Notes: generated from the sequence alone by a model not told the origin. DNA of 64,000 bases from Oscillospiraceae bacterium (GCA_031549265.1 JAVBQB010000003.1:20400-84399), one strand, 5' to 3'; counted from the first letter of the stretch, positions 17,791 to 28,343 are shown. Program-made: numbers and translations.

Positions 17791-19062
17791 ATGAGCGTAC
17801 ATGTTATCGAAGAGGCCAAACGGTGCCTGAGCTGCAAGAATCCCAAATGCGTCCAGGGTTGCCCGGTCGCGACACCTATCCCCGAGGTCATCTCACTCCT
17901 GCTGGAGAGCAAAATCGAGGACGCGGGCAAGCTCCTGTTCGACAACAACCCGCTGTCGCTGGTCTGCTGCCACGTCTGCCCTCAGGAGAGCCAATGCGAG
18001 GGTAAATGTATTCTGGGCAAAAAGGGCAAGTCGGTCAACATCAGCGCGATCGAGGAGTACATCTCCGACTATTACCTTAACATACTGAAGCCGGAGCCCT
18101 CCAAAAAAACAAAGGGGAAGGTGGCCATCGTCGGCTCGGGCCCCGCCGGGATCACTATCGCGTTTATGCTGTCCAAAATGGACTACGACATTACGATTTT
18201 CGAAGGCCATGAGCTGATCGGCGGCGTACTACGCTATGGCATTCCGGAGTTCCGGCTGCCCAAGAGCATTCTCGACCGGCTGATGGAGGCGCTGCTCGCT
18301 TCAGGCGTAAAGATCAGGCCGAACACGTCCATCGGCACCGTGCTGAGCGTTGACGACCTCTTCCGCGACGGCTTTCTCGCCATCTTCCTCGGCACCGGAG
18401 TCTGGCGGCCGCGCAAGCTGAACATCAAGGGTGAGAGCCTGGGTCACGTCCACTTCGCCATCGATTACCTGCGCAACCCCTCCGTGTACCGGCTGGGCAA
18501 GCGGCTCGCCGTCATCGGCGCGGGCAACGTCGCCATGGACGCGGCGCGGACGGCCTTCCGCAACGGCGTGCGCGAGGTATTTATCGTCTACGGCAAGGGA
18601 GAGGAAAACATGGTCGCGAGCCAGCTTGAGCTGGAATACGCCAAGATCGACGGTGTCCGTCTGTTGTGCTATAAAGTCCCGCTCGAGATTGTCGACGACG
18701 GGATCATTCTGGCCGACTCCGAGGTTTATACCAGAGAAGACGGGTCGCTAGGCAACCGCGCGGTTCCCGGCACGGAGGAACTGTTCCCGGCCGATTCGGT
18801 TATCGTCGCGATCAGCCAGGGCCCCCGGTCGGTGATCGTTGACAGCACCAAGGGCATCGAAATCAAGGACAGCGGACTTGTTGCGACCGACGAATCCGGC
18901 CGAACCACGCGCGACGGTGTCTTCGCCTCGGGCGATGTCGTCACCGGCGCGAAAACGGTGGTCAGCGCGGTCAACGTGTCGCGTAAGGTCGCCGAAGCGA
19001 TCGACCGTTATATTACCGAGAAATATGGCGACAATGCCCAAAAAGGGCAAAATATCACTTGA
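17791..19062 (+). CDS. NAD(P)H-dependent oxidoreductase, glutamate synthase small-subunit (GltD)-like
   Basis: N-terminal Fe-S Cys motifs CLSCKNPKCVQGCP and CHVCPQESQCEGKC. Two Rossmann GxGxxG motifs (VAIVGSGPAG, LAVIGAGNVAMD). C-terminal FASGDVVTG. Confidence 0.8.
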   Translation: MSVHVIEEAKRCLSCKNPKCVQGCPVATPIPEVISLLLESKIEDAGKLLFDNNPLSLVCCHVCPQESQCEGKCILGKKGKSVNISAIEEYISDYYLNILKPEPSKKTKGKVAIVGSGPAGITIAFMLSKMDYDITIFEGHELIGGVLRYGIPEFRLPKSILDRLMEALLASGVKIRPNTSIGTVLSVDDLFRDGFLAIFLGTGVWRPRKLNIKGESLGHVHFAIDYLRNPSVYRLGKRLAVIGAGNVAMDAARTAFRNGVREVFIVYGKGEENMVASQLELEYAKIDGVRLLCYKVPLEIVDDGIILADSEVYTREDGSLGNRAVPGTEELFPADSVIVAISQGPRSVIVDSTKGIEIKDSGLVATDESGRTTRDGVFASGDVVTGAKTVVSAVNVSRKVAEAIDRYITEKYGDNAQKGQNIT

Positions 19063-19141
19063 TATTTGCGGGGTTTGGAGATATTATTATACCTATGGAC
19101 AGTACCGTGTCGAACCGAATACTAACGAGAGAGGGTTTATT

Positions 19142-19450
19142 ATGAAAAAGAAATTTGCCCACCTGCTGATCGGCGGATGCTTTGACCCCGCGGCTCACAA
19201 GGCTTGCTTTTCGAACGCGTCGATGGAAACGCACGTATTCACCGTCAAGGACGTCGACGAGGCGAAGGCCTGCGTGCTGAAATGTCTGGACGAGGGCTTC
19301 GGCGCCATTGATCTCTGCGGCGGATTCGGCCCCGACCTCACCCGCGAGCTTATCGAACTGACCAAGGGCAAAATCGCTTTCGGATACGTCGTCCGTTTCC
19401 CCGAACAGGAAGCTCAGTACATGGACTTCTTCTCCGACTTCGGCAGTTAA
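19142..19450 (+). CDS. small conserved hypothetical protein (102 aa; possibly DUF6506-like)
   Basis: ATG at 19142 in an AT-rich context. Protein is MKKKFAHLLIGGCFDP...GAIDLCGGFGPDL... The family name is from memory only. Confidence 0.5.
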   Translation: MKKKFAHLLIGGCFDPAAHKACFSNASMETHVFTVKDVDEAKACVLKCLDEGFGAIDLCGGFGPDLTRELIELTKGKIAFGYVVRFPEQEAQYMDFFSDFGS

Positions 19451-19471
19451 ACATAACGAAAACTTGCGTAA

Positions 19472-19515
19472 ACAAGGCGCGCCGGCCAGATCCGGCGCGC
19501 CTTGTATTTTTGTTT
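19472..19515. terminator. bidirectional terminator
   Basis: Perfect 14-bp stem: ACAAGGCGCGCCGG (19472-19485) and CCGGCGCGCCTTGT (19492-19505), followed by ATTTTTGTTT. It lies between convergent genes. Confidence 0.8.
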
Positions 19516-19595
19516 GAGCAAGCTGTGTGGCCGATGCGCTGAAACGAGGGAATCGGTTCGCGTTGGCGGCTGGGCTGCTTGTTCAGCCCATATCT

Positions 19596-22500
19596 TTACT
19601 TTATATATTTTGTCAGCCTGTCCATTAAGTCGCCGACGTCAATCGGCTTACCGATGTGGTCGTTCATGCCGGATTCCAGGCACCGCTCTATATCCTCTTT
19701 AAATACGTTCGCGGTCATTGCGACAATGGCGATGGTCGAGGCTTCGGGCACATCCAGCGCGCGGATCTGGCGCGTGGCCTCCAGCCCGTCGACTTCGGGC
19801 ATCTGGACGTCCATCAGTATCATGCAATACTTCGAGGGGTTGGCGCTGAACAGCTCTACCGCTTCCCTGCCGTTCACCGCGCAGTCGATGGCAAGCTCGG
19901 TCTCCTCCAGGATGGTCATGGCGATTTCGCGGTTGATGTCCACATCCTCGGCGAGGATAACGCTCTTGCCGGGGAAACGCGGCGTGCCCACTTCCAGCTC
20001 TTCGGACATATCCTCCAGCTTTTCCAGCTCATGCTCGCCGAAATACCTGTTAATGCAGTCCATAATCATTGACGGGAGCAACGGTTTCGCAATGAAGCCG
20101 GAGATTCCGGCTTTTTGCGCTTCTTCGGCGATTTCCGACCACTGCGCTCCAGAGATAAGTACCATAACGGTCTCGTCCGGCACGATTTTCTTAAGTGTTG
20201 CGGCAAGTTCGATGCCATCCATGCCGGGTAGCATCCAGTCAATCAAAATCATGTCGAACGGCCGCGCGGCATCGCCGACCATCTTGATCGCCTCTTCGCC
20301 GCTAGCCGCGAGCTTACAGTCAACGTGGAGCTCGCCCATAATCTTCGCGATATAGTCGAGCGTTTCAAGTGAATCGTCAACCGCCAGCACGTTGATCGAG
20401 TCGCTCGCCAGCACGTCCTTGAAGATGTCCAGCATTGGCTCGCTGCCCTTTTTGGCCTTGAACGTGAACGAGAATTTCGCGCCCTTGCCGAGCTCCGACT
20501 CAATCCAGATTTTGCCGCCCATCAGCTCGACGATGCGTTTGGAAATCGCGAGGCCGAGCCCCGTCCCGCCGAACTTGCGCGCAATGCTGCCGTCGGCCTG
20601 CTCGAAAGAGTTGAACAGCTTTGCCTGCTGCTCCTTGGATATGCCGATTCCAGTGTCCACAACCTCCACCTGGATGGTGAATACGTCGTCTTCCTCGTCC
20701 AGCACCTTTACATAAAGGCCGATCGAGCCGTGTTCGGGCGTGAACTTGACGGAATTTGTCAGCAGGTTGGTCACGATCTGCGCGAGTCGCTGCTCGTCTC
20801 CGTGAATATTGGTGGACAGCGCAGGATCGACGAAGAGGGACAGCTTCTGCGACTTTTCCTCCACCCTGAAGTTGACGACGTTCAGGACGTTCATCAGCAT
20901 CTTGTCAAAGTTGAATTCATTGAACGACAGCTCGAATTTATTAGCCTCGATCTTGGACATGTCCAGAATATCGTTGATGACTCCAAGCAAATGGTTGGAG
21001 GCGTTGCCGATCTTCTCGAGGCAGTATTCCTTTTTGGCCGGGTCGGCGGTTCCGATGGCTATGTTAGTCATGCCGATGATCGCGTTCATGGGCGTGCGCA
21101 TCTCGTGGCTCATGCGCGAGAGGAATTCGCCCTTGGCGCGGCTGCCCTGTTCGGCGAGCTCCTTGGCCGCTATCAGCTCGGTTTGAAGCTGCCGGATCTC
21201 GGTGACGTCGGTGCAGATAGCGCCGATATCTCCGGTCGGCGTGGTAAAGACGGTCATCGCGTTACGGCGGATATCTCCGCCCTTGCGTATTACGTCGATT
21301 TCAAATTCGCTGACGCCTTTTTCCAGCACCTCGGGCAAGTGCTCGTTCATTAAGACATTCATCGACTCGTCGCTGAAAAAGATCTGGATGCCCTGGTTTT
21401 GAACTTCCTCGTCAGTATAGCCGCTGGATTTCCTGATCGCGGGGTTTACATAATTTATTTTGCCCTCGGTCGAAAGATAGGCGATAAAATGCGGGCACGA
21501 TTCGACGATGGCGATCAGGCGCTGCACCTGTATTTCAATATTTCCGCGCTTGATTACTCCCGACAGGACACTGGAGACAAACTCCGCGAGCGTGATTTCG
21601 CTCTCCGTCCATTCGGTATCGGCGTCCGGCTTCCAGCAGATGAGCGCCCCCCATATTATGTCGTCTACGAAGATGGGGAAGTATATGCTCGAGGATGTGC
21701 ACAGATCGTTATACGACAGAGTGTTCGCAATCCACTCCGATTCGTTGGTCATGTATTCCTTGGTATCGGTGACGGCGGCGTCCAGCGCACGCAGCGTGTC
21801 CGGCGTCAGCGCGACTTTGCGGTCGCAGTCGTCGCGTACCCTGGTTCCGGGGCTGGTCCACTCGTTGACGAACTCAAATTCGAGCTCGTCTCTGTTGAGC
21901 TGTACCATCGACATGCGGGAAGCGCCGATGAAAACGCCGACTTCCTCCAGCGCCTCGTCGATCATTTCGCTGACCGGTTTTCCCGATATGAATATCTGGC
22001 TTATTCTGGTCATCAGCGCCTGCTGCTTCAGACGCTTTTTCAGCTTGTTTTCGGCTTCCTTGATATCGGTAATGTCCACCGAGTGCTGGAGGTGCATCTT
22101 TTCTCCGGTATGCCAGTCGATGAGCCGGTCGGTGTTGCGGTAATAGCGGCCTGTGACCGAGTTGAGCTCCTCCCAGACGACGACGGCCGACGGATCCTCC
22201 TCCAGCTTTTTGCACGGGCAGAATTCGCACCGCTCGGTGAATCCGTCCTGCAGCACCTGCCAGCATATCGTATCCTCGCCGACGTCGCCTATCTCGAAGT
22301 GCCGCTTCATTTTGTCGTTAATAAAAAGGATTTTGTCGTCTCTTGGGTCAGAAACGTATAGATAGGCGTCCAATCCGTTGAGGATGTTCTCGATTACGCG
22401 CATCGATTCCTTAATCCGCTTCTCGGCGTTGTAGCTGCTCACCAGGCGCGTCAGCATATCGCCGATCGCCTGCCGGAGCAAATGAAATTCGAGGTGCTTT

Positions 22501-23498
22501 TCCTCGCGGTCGACATTCGCGATCATATCGTCGCTGATATTCTCGATGTCGGCGTTCAGCCTGCGCATCGGGGCGAGGAATTTGCTGTTGAGCAGCAGGA
22601 ACAGCAGTACGAGGAACAAAAGCAGAGTGACGGTAAGTACCGACGTGGATATCACGATGAAGTTCCAGCCGTTTGAATAAAGCACCCTCGGCTGGTCAAA
22701 CTGAAGGATGACGCCGCGGTCGTTGCCGAGATTGCGCAGCTCGGTATTTAAGGTGACGTCGTTCGAGTCCTTTATTTCGTATGTCTCATAGTCTGAAATC
22801 GTCTCGGGATCGACTTCGACTATCTTGAAGTGCGACGTTTCGAGCTGTGTGAGCTCCCTGATCTGCTTTTCGCCGTATTTAACGATGAACGTGAACGTTC
22901 CGGACGGTTTTGAATCCTCCAGATTGGTTAGTATGGGCATTACGCAGAGCAGGTAGGACTGATCCTTTATGACGATAAACCCGAGGTCGCAGTCCGGCCC
23001 TTTTTCGGTATAGCCGGGCTCTCTTTTCAACTGGGTTTCGATTACCCCGGCAGCGAGCTCCGTGATCCTCTCGCTGACGCCGTCCGGAAAAGCTTCCCTT
23101 TCCTCCGCATTTCCATTGAATTTTGATGTTTTGAATAAGTCATTGCCGTTTAAATCTTTAATTACGCAATAGTCAACCTTATAGACCGCGAGCATGGTTC
23201 CGTCGGCCAGGTTGACGTCGGAAAACGTCGGGTTATTTCCGAGGGCGTAGTTATAGTTTTCGTCCCAGCTGGACCATGTCCGCGTGTTGGCGTAGAGGTT
23301 CTCCATTGTTTGATAGAGCGCGCCGTGCACCACCTTGCTTTGATTGCGCATATGGTCCCGCTCGGCCTGCTCCAGCATTCCGGACATAGTAAAAAGGAAT
23401 ATGCCCACAAAAACGGCGATGCAAACAACTATCGACGCCCCGATTGTGGTCAGCATAAACGATCGCAGGGACCCCGGCTGCTTTTTGCTGCTCATCAT
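19596..23498 (-). CDS. large hybrid sensor histidine kinase (CHASE4-like, TM, PAS with Cys cluster, GAF, PAS, HisKA, HATPase_c, two receivers)
   Basis: ATG ATG at 23498 lies 7 nt after GAGGTG. The extracytoplasmic WSSWDENYNYALGNNPTF is CHASE4-like. PAS with CWQVLQDGFTERCEFCPC, then a GAF-like region (IYFPIFVDDIIWGALICW). H-box [20 protein letters not shown]-boxes DTGIGI and [15 protein letters not shown]1 LAVDDS...LIDWMLPGMDG; REC2 LAEDVDINREI...LMDVQMPEVDG. Confidence 0.9.
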   Translation of the reverse strand: MMSSKKQPGSLRSFMLTTIGASIVVCIAVFVGIFLFTMSGMLEQAERDHMRNQSKVVHGALYQTMENLYANTRTWSSWDENYNYALGNNPTFSDVNLADGTMLAVYKVDYCVIKDLNGNDLFKTSKFNGNAEEREAFPDGVSERITELAAGVIETQLKREPGYTEKGPDCDLGFIVIKDQSYLLCVMPILTNLEDSKPSGTFTFIVKYGEKQIRELTQLETSHFKIVEVDPETISDYETYEIKDSNDVTLNTELRNLGNDRGVILQFDQPRVLYSNGWNFIVISTSVLTVTLLLFLVLLFLLLNSKFLAPMRRLNADIENISDDMIANVDREEKHLEFHLLRQAIGDMLTRLVSSYNAEKRIKESMRVIENILNGLDAYLYVSDPRDDKILFINDKMKRHFEIGDVGEDTICWQVLQDGFTERCEFCPCKKLEEDPSAVVVWEELNSVTGRYYRNTDRLIDWHTGEKMHLQHSVDITDIKEAENKLKKRLKQQALMTRISQIFISGKPVSEMIDEALEEVGVFIGASRMSMVQLNRDELEFEFVNEWTSPGTRVRDDCDRKVALTPDTLRALDAAVTDTKEYMTNESEWIANTLSYNDLCTSSSIYFPIFVDDIIWGALICWKPDADTEWTESEITLAEFVSSVLSGVIKRGNIEIQVQRLIAIVESCPHFIAYLSTEGKINYVNPAIRKSSGYTDEEVQNQGIQIFFSDESMNVLMNEHLPEVLEKGVSEFEIDVIRKGGDIRRNAMTVFTTPTGDIGAICTDVTEIRQLQTELIAAKELAEQGSRAKGEFLSRMSHEMRTPMNAIIGMTNIAIGTADPAKKEYCLEKIGNASNHLLGVINDILDMSKIEANKFELSFNEFNFDKMLMNVLNVVNFRVEEKSQKLSLFVDPALSTNIHGDEQRLAQIVTNLLTNSVKFTPEHGSIGLYVKVLDEEDDVFTIQVEVVDTGIGISKEQQAKLFNSFEQADGSIARKFGGTGLGLAISKRIVELMGGKIWIESELGKGAKFSFTFKAKKGSEPMLDIFKDVLASDSINVLAVDDSLETLDYIAKIMGELHVDCKLAASGEEAIKMVGDAARPFDMILIDWMLPGMDGIELAATLKKIVPDETVMVLISGAQWSEIAEEAQKAGISGFIAKPLLPSMIMDCINRYFGEHELEKLEDMSEELEVGTPRFPGKSVILAEDVDINREIAMTILEETELAIDCAVNGREAVELFSANPSKYCMILMDVQMPEVDGLEATRQIRALDVPEASTIAIVAMTANVFKEDIERCLESGMNDHIGKPIDVGDLMDRLTKYIK

Positions 23499-23546
23499 TA
23501 AATACACCTCTATGCCCGCGTTTACAACACTGCAGATATACATTGT

Positions 23547-23575
23547 ATTATACATGATCCGCTTTTGCTTTGCAA
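23547..23575 (-). promoter_or_regulatory. sigma-70-like promoter for the 23498 kinase gene
   Basis: On the minus strand: TTGCAA (23575-23570), 17-nt spacer, TATAAT (23552-23547). Confidence 0.55.
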
Positions 23576-23658
23576 TATAGTTAGGTTTACTTCAACCAGA
23601 GCCACCCACAAGGGGTTCACCTGCCGTATTTGTTGTCGCGTCATGACAATTGACTATA

Positions 23659-23687
23659 TTGACATTTATTCGTTATGATATTATAAT
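23659..23687 (+). promoter_or_regulatory. consensus sigma-70 promoter for the pseudo-kinase/cheR/MCP operon
   Basis: TTGACA (23659-23664), exactly 17 nt, TATAAT (23682-23687), 64 nt upstream of the ATG at 23751. Confidence 0.65.
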
Positions 23688-23750
23688 TCAGCCATCCTTG
23701 CAGTAAAAATTTTACCAAAATCAACCGCGCTTGCTGAGGAGCGATTACAT

Positions 23751-25304
23751 ATGGAGAATTGGGCGGAACACTTAAAAGGCGTTGAGAAAGCGGTCGGGCT
23801 ACCCTTTGAGAGTATACTTGACAACGTGCTTCTCACCTGCCCCGCGTGCTATTTGATACTGAACGGCGATACCGTGGTCTTTCACACGTCTTATGTGGAG
23901 GATCTGATCGGGCTGACAGCCGGTATGGATATCAAGGACATTTTTATCGACAAAAACCAATACCTGTCGCATCCTCCCGCGGATAATCCGAGGGATTACA
24001 AAAACTGGTTCTGCGCCTCGATCAAAACCACCTACGGCGACGTCAAGGAGGTGCATGTCGGCAGATACGCGCTCAAATCCGGCGTCCCCGGCCTTTCGCA
24101 GGTTTGGATCAAAGACGTGTCGGACATGATTCAGGCCGAGTCGGCGCTCTGCGCTTCCCGCGATATCGCCTTTGAGGCGCAGCTGCACCAGAACCATTAC
24201 CTGCGCGAAAACAGGCGTAATCTCTCGATCGCATACAGCAATATTCTCGGGCTGACCCAACTTATCCGGTCGACGTTTCTGACCGACCAGCAGCTTGAGT
24301 ATATCAAGGAAATCGAAAACCTTTCCACCGGGGCGCTCTCCGCGCTGGACGACGGCTCGTCCACCGACCTCGATAGCCAGTTTGCTTTCCCGAGGGAAGA
24401 ATTCGACCTGAACGTCATGATCGAAAAAGTAATTTCCGAGGTGCACAGCCGGCTGAAAAAGCGCGGGCTGGCGTTCGAGCTCATCTGCGAGAGCGGTTTG
24501 CCGTCCAAGGTCGTCAGCAACGAGAGCATGCTTTCCCAGGTGCTGATCCGCGTATTGCGCAACGCCATCGGCTTCACCAGCAAGGGCAAGGTGACGCTCA
24601 GCGTTTCGCTGCATGACAGGCTGGACGACGTACTGACCATCCTTTTCACCGTCGCGGACACCGGAACCGGCATGTCCGGCGAGACCGTTTCGGCCCTGTT
24701 TTCAAAGGCGGCCGATTCCGACGCCGATCCTTCGAAAACCAAAACCTCGGCTGTCGGCATCAACATCTGCAAGACCCTGGTCAACCTGCTCGGCGGACGG
24801 ATGTGGTGCAAGAGCGAGCCCGGCACCGGAACCACGATGTACATCACGGCGCAGGTCAAGACTTCCGACCCGGCGGATGCTTTGCCCCCGCCCGCGGACG
24901 AAGATCCGGTCGGTTCCGACAGGCCGAACTCCGATATCAAAATTCTGATAATCGACGACAATCTGGTTACGCTCACCGTCGCCTATGAGGTTTTGCAGCG
25001 GCGCGGATTTCACGTCGTCACCGCTCCGAACGCGCTGGAGGCCATCGACATGCTGAGGGAAACCCGGGACTTCAACGCCATTCTGATGGATCTTTACATG
25101 CCGGATATGGACGGAATAACCGCCACCAAGATTATCCGCGAGATGAACCATTATACAAGAATCCCGATTATCGCGCTCTCGTCGTCCACCCTGCCGGATG
25201 ACAAGGAGCTCTGCCTTCAGATGGGGCTTGACGACTACCTGACAAAGCCGATAGATGTGGACACAACTGTCAGGACTATTGTCAAATGGGTAAACTGGAG
25301 GTAG
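23751..25304 (+). CDS. histidine-kinase-like protein with degenerate H-box and ATP lid, plus intact C-terminal receiver
   Basis: ATG lies 9 nt after GAGGAG. N-terminal PAS-like region. The H-box position reads YLRENRRNLSIAYSNILGLTQL, with Arg where my manual alignment places the phospho-His. N-box VLRNAIGFT and G1 DTGTGM are present; G2 is degenerate (SAVGINIC). REC is intact: ILIIDDN, LMDLYMPDMDG, IALSSS, TKPID. Confidence 0.8.
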   Translation: MENWAEHLKGVEKAVGLPFESILDNVLLTCPACYLILNGDTVVFHTSYVEDLIGLTAGMDIKDIFIDKNQYLSHPPADNPRDYKNWFCASIKTTYGDVKEVHVGRYALKSGVPGLSQVWIKDVSDMIQAESALCASRDIAFEAQLHQNHYLRENRRNLSIAYSNILGLTQLIRSTFLTDQQLEYIKEIENLSTGALSALDDGSSTDLDSQFAFPREEFDLNVMIEKVISEVHSRLKKRGLAFELICESGLPSKVVSNESMLSQVLIRVLRNAIGFTSKGKVTLSVSLHDRLDDVLTILFTVADTGTGMSGETVSALFSKAADSDADPSKTKTSAVGINICKTLVNLLGGRMWCKSEPGTGTTMYITAQVKTSDPADALPPPADEDPVGSDRPNSDIKILIIDDNLVTLTVAYEVLQRRGFHVVTAPNALEAIDMLRETRDFNAILMDLYMPDMDGITATKIIREMNHYTRIPIIALSSSTLPDDKELCLQMGLDDYLTKPIDVDTTVRTIVKWVNWR

Positions 25305-25313
25305 TCCTGACAA

Positions 25314-26129
25314 GTGGAAAAAATCAGTAACGCGGAGTTTATGCGGCTTGTCAGATTTATGCGGGACGGTTATGGCATCAATCTGGAACAGCAGTATACT
25401 CTTGTTGAGACCCGGATCGGCCAGCTCGCCAGAATCAAGGGTTTTTCCACTTTTAACCAGTATCTGGATTATGTCGAGAGCGACAGGAGCGGCGGCAACG
25501 TTCAGACCCTCATTACGAGACTCACCACCAACTACACCTATTTCATGCGCGAATCCGAGCATTATGAATACCTGAAATCGGCTGTTCTGCCCGAGCTGAG
25601 GAACAGTCTTGTTTTGCGTGACCTCAGAATATGGAGCGCGGGCTGCTCCAGCGGCGAAGAGGCCTATACAATGGCAATGGAGCTGGACGAGTTCTTCGGC
25701 CCGCAGAAAAAGGACTGGGACACGACGATTCTCGCGACCGACATCTCGCCCGTGGTTCTGATGCAGGCGCGCGAGGGAATCTATCCCGCTGAGCGCCTTT
25801 CCAGACTGCCGGACGATATGAAGTCCAAATATTTTGACCAGCTCGACCGCGGGCACTATAAGATACGGGACTTTATCCAGCGCGAGGTGATTTTCAACAC
25901 GTTTAACCTGATGGAAAAAAAGTTTCCCTTCAAGAAAAAGTTCCATATAATTTTTTGCAGAAACGTAATGATATACTTTGAGACAAAAGTTTGCAACGAG
26001 CTGATCAACCGCTTTTACGACCACCTGGAAAACGGCGGCCATCTCATAGTCGGCACTTCGGAAACGGTTGACCGGAGAGCGACCCGCTTCAAATTCGTTA
26101 AGCCGTCCATCTACCGGAAATCCGATTAG
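25314..26129 (+). CDS. cheR: chemotaxis protein-glutamate O-methyltransferase CheR
   Basis: GTG at 25314. CheR N-domain (EFMRLVRFMRDGYGINL) and SAM-MTase core (IWSAGCSSGEEAYTMAMEL, ILATDIS, IFCRNVMIYF). Confidence 0.9.
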   Translation: MEKISNAEFMRLVRFMRDGYGINLEQQYTLVETRIGQLARIKGFSTFNQYLDYVESDRSGGNVQTLITRLTTNYTYFMRESEHYEYLKSAVLPELRNSLVLRDLRIWSAGCSSGEEAYTMAMELDEFFGPQKKDWDTTILATDISPVVLMQAREGIYPAERLSRLPDDMKSKYFDQLDRGHYKIRDFIQREVIFNTFNLMEKKFPFKKKFHIIFCRNVMIYFETKVCNELINRFYDHLENGGHLIVGTSETVDRRATRFKFVKPSIYRKSD

Positions 26130-26204
26130 CGCTGTGCTGCCGCCGCATTGCGCGCTACCCGGTTACAGGCGTACCTCGTTTATTATTATGTTGGGGAGAG
26201 CTAT

Positions 26205-28343
26205 ATGAGAAACTTGAAAATCGGCGCTAAGATCATCCTCGGTTTTTCAATCGTCGTGCTGCTTATGATGATTATCACGGTTACCGTTTTGGTTACGGGA
26301 CTTGCGACCCAGAGCTCGGTGCACTCTATTAACCTCAAAAACGAGTTCCAGACGTATGCCAACGACCTGAAGTCCGATTTTTACGAATCGCGCATTTATT
26401 CGAATATTCTCTACAACATATACAAAGAGGACGCTTACGCCTCGTTCCTGGAAAAGACAAAATCCGCAGACGCTCATATTGACAGACTGCTCGATCTCGC
26501 CGCCGCCAACGAAGACGAGCTCGGCGCGTTCACTCCGGGCATCAGCGAATTTAACACCAAGTTCGACACCTGGAAAGGCATGGTTGAGAACATCCACAGC
26601 AGCTATGTCCGGCAGGAAGGCTTGAAAACCAAGGCCACAAGCCTCGCCGACGTCATTCTCGAATCCATTTCACAGGTCGTCACCAACCAGGCCGCGTCCG
26701 GCGCTTCGGGTTCGACTGTCGCGCGGGCAGCGGGCACGGTCGTCGTCATCCGCTCGCTGGAGTCCGATGTTTCGCACATCTTTGACACCCGCGACATTTC
26801 CGACGCTTCGGCCAAGCTTGAAACGCTCACGGCGCTGATTGCCCAGATAGACAAATCCGCAAATGCCGCCGCCAACCCCGAGCGTTACCATCAGCTTTCG
26901 GCTGACATGTCCGCGTATTACGACGAGGTATCCGCCTTTGTCAGCGAAGTGGATGCCAACAAAAAGCTGATTTCCGAGACGACGGCGCTTGGCTTGCAGT
27001 CCCTTGAAATTATAGTAGGCGGCATCTCGGCGGCGGCCGACCAGTTCGCTGAGACGGTTCGGGCGACCGCCGGAACCGCGCAGTTCTCCATCGTCCTTGT
27101 CGTCATTGTCGCCATTATCTCGCTGCTGCTGTCGGTCATTCTCGCGCTCATCATCGTGAGGGCGATTACCGCTCCGATTGAGTTGGTGCGCAAAACGCTG
27201 GTCACCATCGTCGACACCGGCAGCACCAAAATTGATCCCGCGGCCGCGGCTGAGATCAGCAGGGTCGCCAAAAACCGCGACGAGGCAGGGCAGTGCTCGC
27301 ACGCGCTCGAAAACCTCGTTTTGTATCTCCAGTCAGTCAGCGGCAACCTGACTCGGATCTCCAAGGGCGACCTGACCATGGATATTAAGCTCCAGTCAAG
27401 TGACGACGAGATGGGCGCTGCCATGAAGCAGATGGTCGAATCTCTCAGCCAGACTTTCGGTCACATCAACCAGATTTCCGTAGAAGTCGCCGATAACGCC
27501 AGCAGCGTGTCCGAATCGTCGTTCAGCCTGGCGCAGGGCGCTACCGAGCAGACATCCGCCGTCGCAGCGCTGAGTAATTCCATAACTCAGGTCGCGGGAA
27601 AGACCGACGAAAACGCCGAAATGGCAGTGAGCGCCGCCAAGCTGGGCGATACGATCAAGCACAGCGCCGAAATCGGAACCGCTCAGATGGAACAGATGAT
27701 GGACGCCGTCGCGCAGATCAACGAGGCCAGCGCGTCGATTAACAGAGTCATCAAGGTCATCGACGACATAGCGTTCCAGACCAACATTCTGGCGCTGAAC
27801 GCCGCCGTCGAGGCCGCGCGCGCCGGTCAGCACGGCAAGGGCTTCGCTGTCGTCGCCGAGGAGGTGCGCAGCCTGGCCGCCAAGAGCGCCGCCGCCGCCA
27901 AGGACACGAGCAGCCTCATTGAGAACTCCATTGCCAAAGCCGAGCTCGGCGCGAGGATCGCTCAGGAGACGTCCAGCTCCCTTTCCGAAATCGTTTCCGG
28001 CATAAACGAAAGCAGCCAGCTCGTAAACATCATCGCTACGTCGTCAAAGGAACAGACTGACGCCATCAACGAGATCAACCGTGGCATCCAGCAGGTCGGC
28101 CAGGTGGTGCACCTCATCAGCGAGGGCGCGGAGCTTTCGTCCAGCGCGTCGTCAATCATGAAAAGCCAGTCCGACACACTGCACAGCTACGTGTCGAGCT
28201 ACAGGATCAAGGACGGCATCCAGAGCGTCCCGCGCCGTCCGGCATCAGACGACTCTGGCCGCGAACAGCCAAAGTTCGCGCTGCCCCCTCAGAGCGGCGA
28301 TCACAGCCACGACTTCGACGACGGCTCATTTGGCAAGTATTGA
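26205..28343 (+). CDS. methyl-accepting chemotaxis protein
   Basis: ATG at 26205 after GGGGAGAG. TM - helical ligand-binding region - TM - HAMP. Highly conserved signalling hairpin [37 protein letters not shown]. The C-terminal tail ends in SFGKY. Confidence 0.9.
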   Translation: MRNLKIGAKIILGFSIVVLLMMIITVTVLVTGLATQSSVHSINLKNEFQTYANDLKSDFYESRIYSNILYNIYKEDAYASFLEKTKSADAHIDRLLDLAAANEDELGAFTPGISEFNTKFDTWKGMVENIHSSYVRQEGLKTKATSLADVILESISQVVTNQAASGASGSTVARAAGTVVVIRSLESDVSHIFDTRDISDASAKLETLTALIAQIDKSANAAANPERYHQLSADMSAYYDEVSAFVSEVDANKKLISETTALGLQSLEIIVGGISAAADQFAETVRATAGTAQFSIVLVVIVAIISLLLSVILALIIVRAITAPIELVRKTLVTIVDTGSTKIDPAAAAEISRVAKNRDEAGQCSHALENLVLYLQSVSGNLTRISKGDLTMDIKLQSSDDEMGAAMKQMVESLSQTFGHINQISVEVADNASSVSESSFSLAQGATEQTSAVAALSNSITQVAGKTDENAEMAVSAAKLGDTIKHSAEIGTAQMEQMMDAVAQINEASASINRVIKVIDDIAFQTNILALNAAVEAARAGQHGKGFAVVAEEVRSLAAKSAAAAKDTSSLIENSIAKAELGARIAQETSSSLSEIVSGINESSQLVNIIATSSKEQTDAINEINRGIQQVGQVVHLISEGAELSSSASSIMKSQSDTLHSYVSSYRIKDGIQSVPRRPASDDSGREQPKFALPPQSGDHSHDFDDGSFGKY

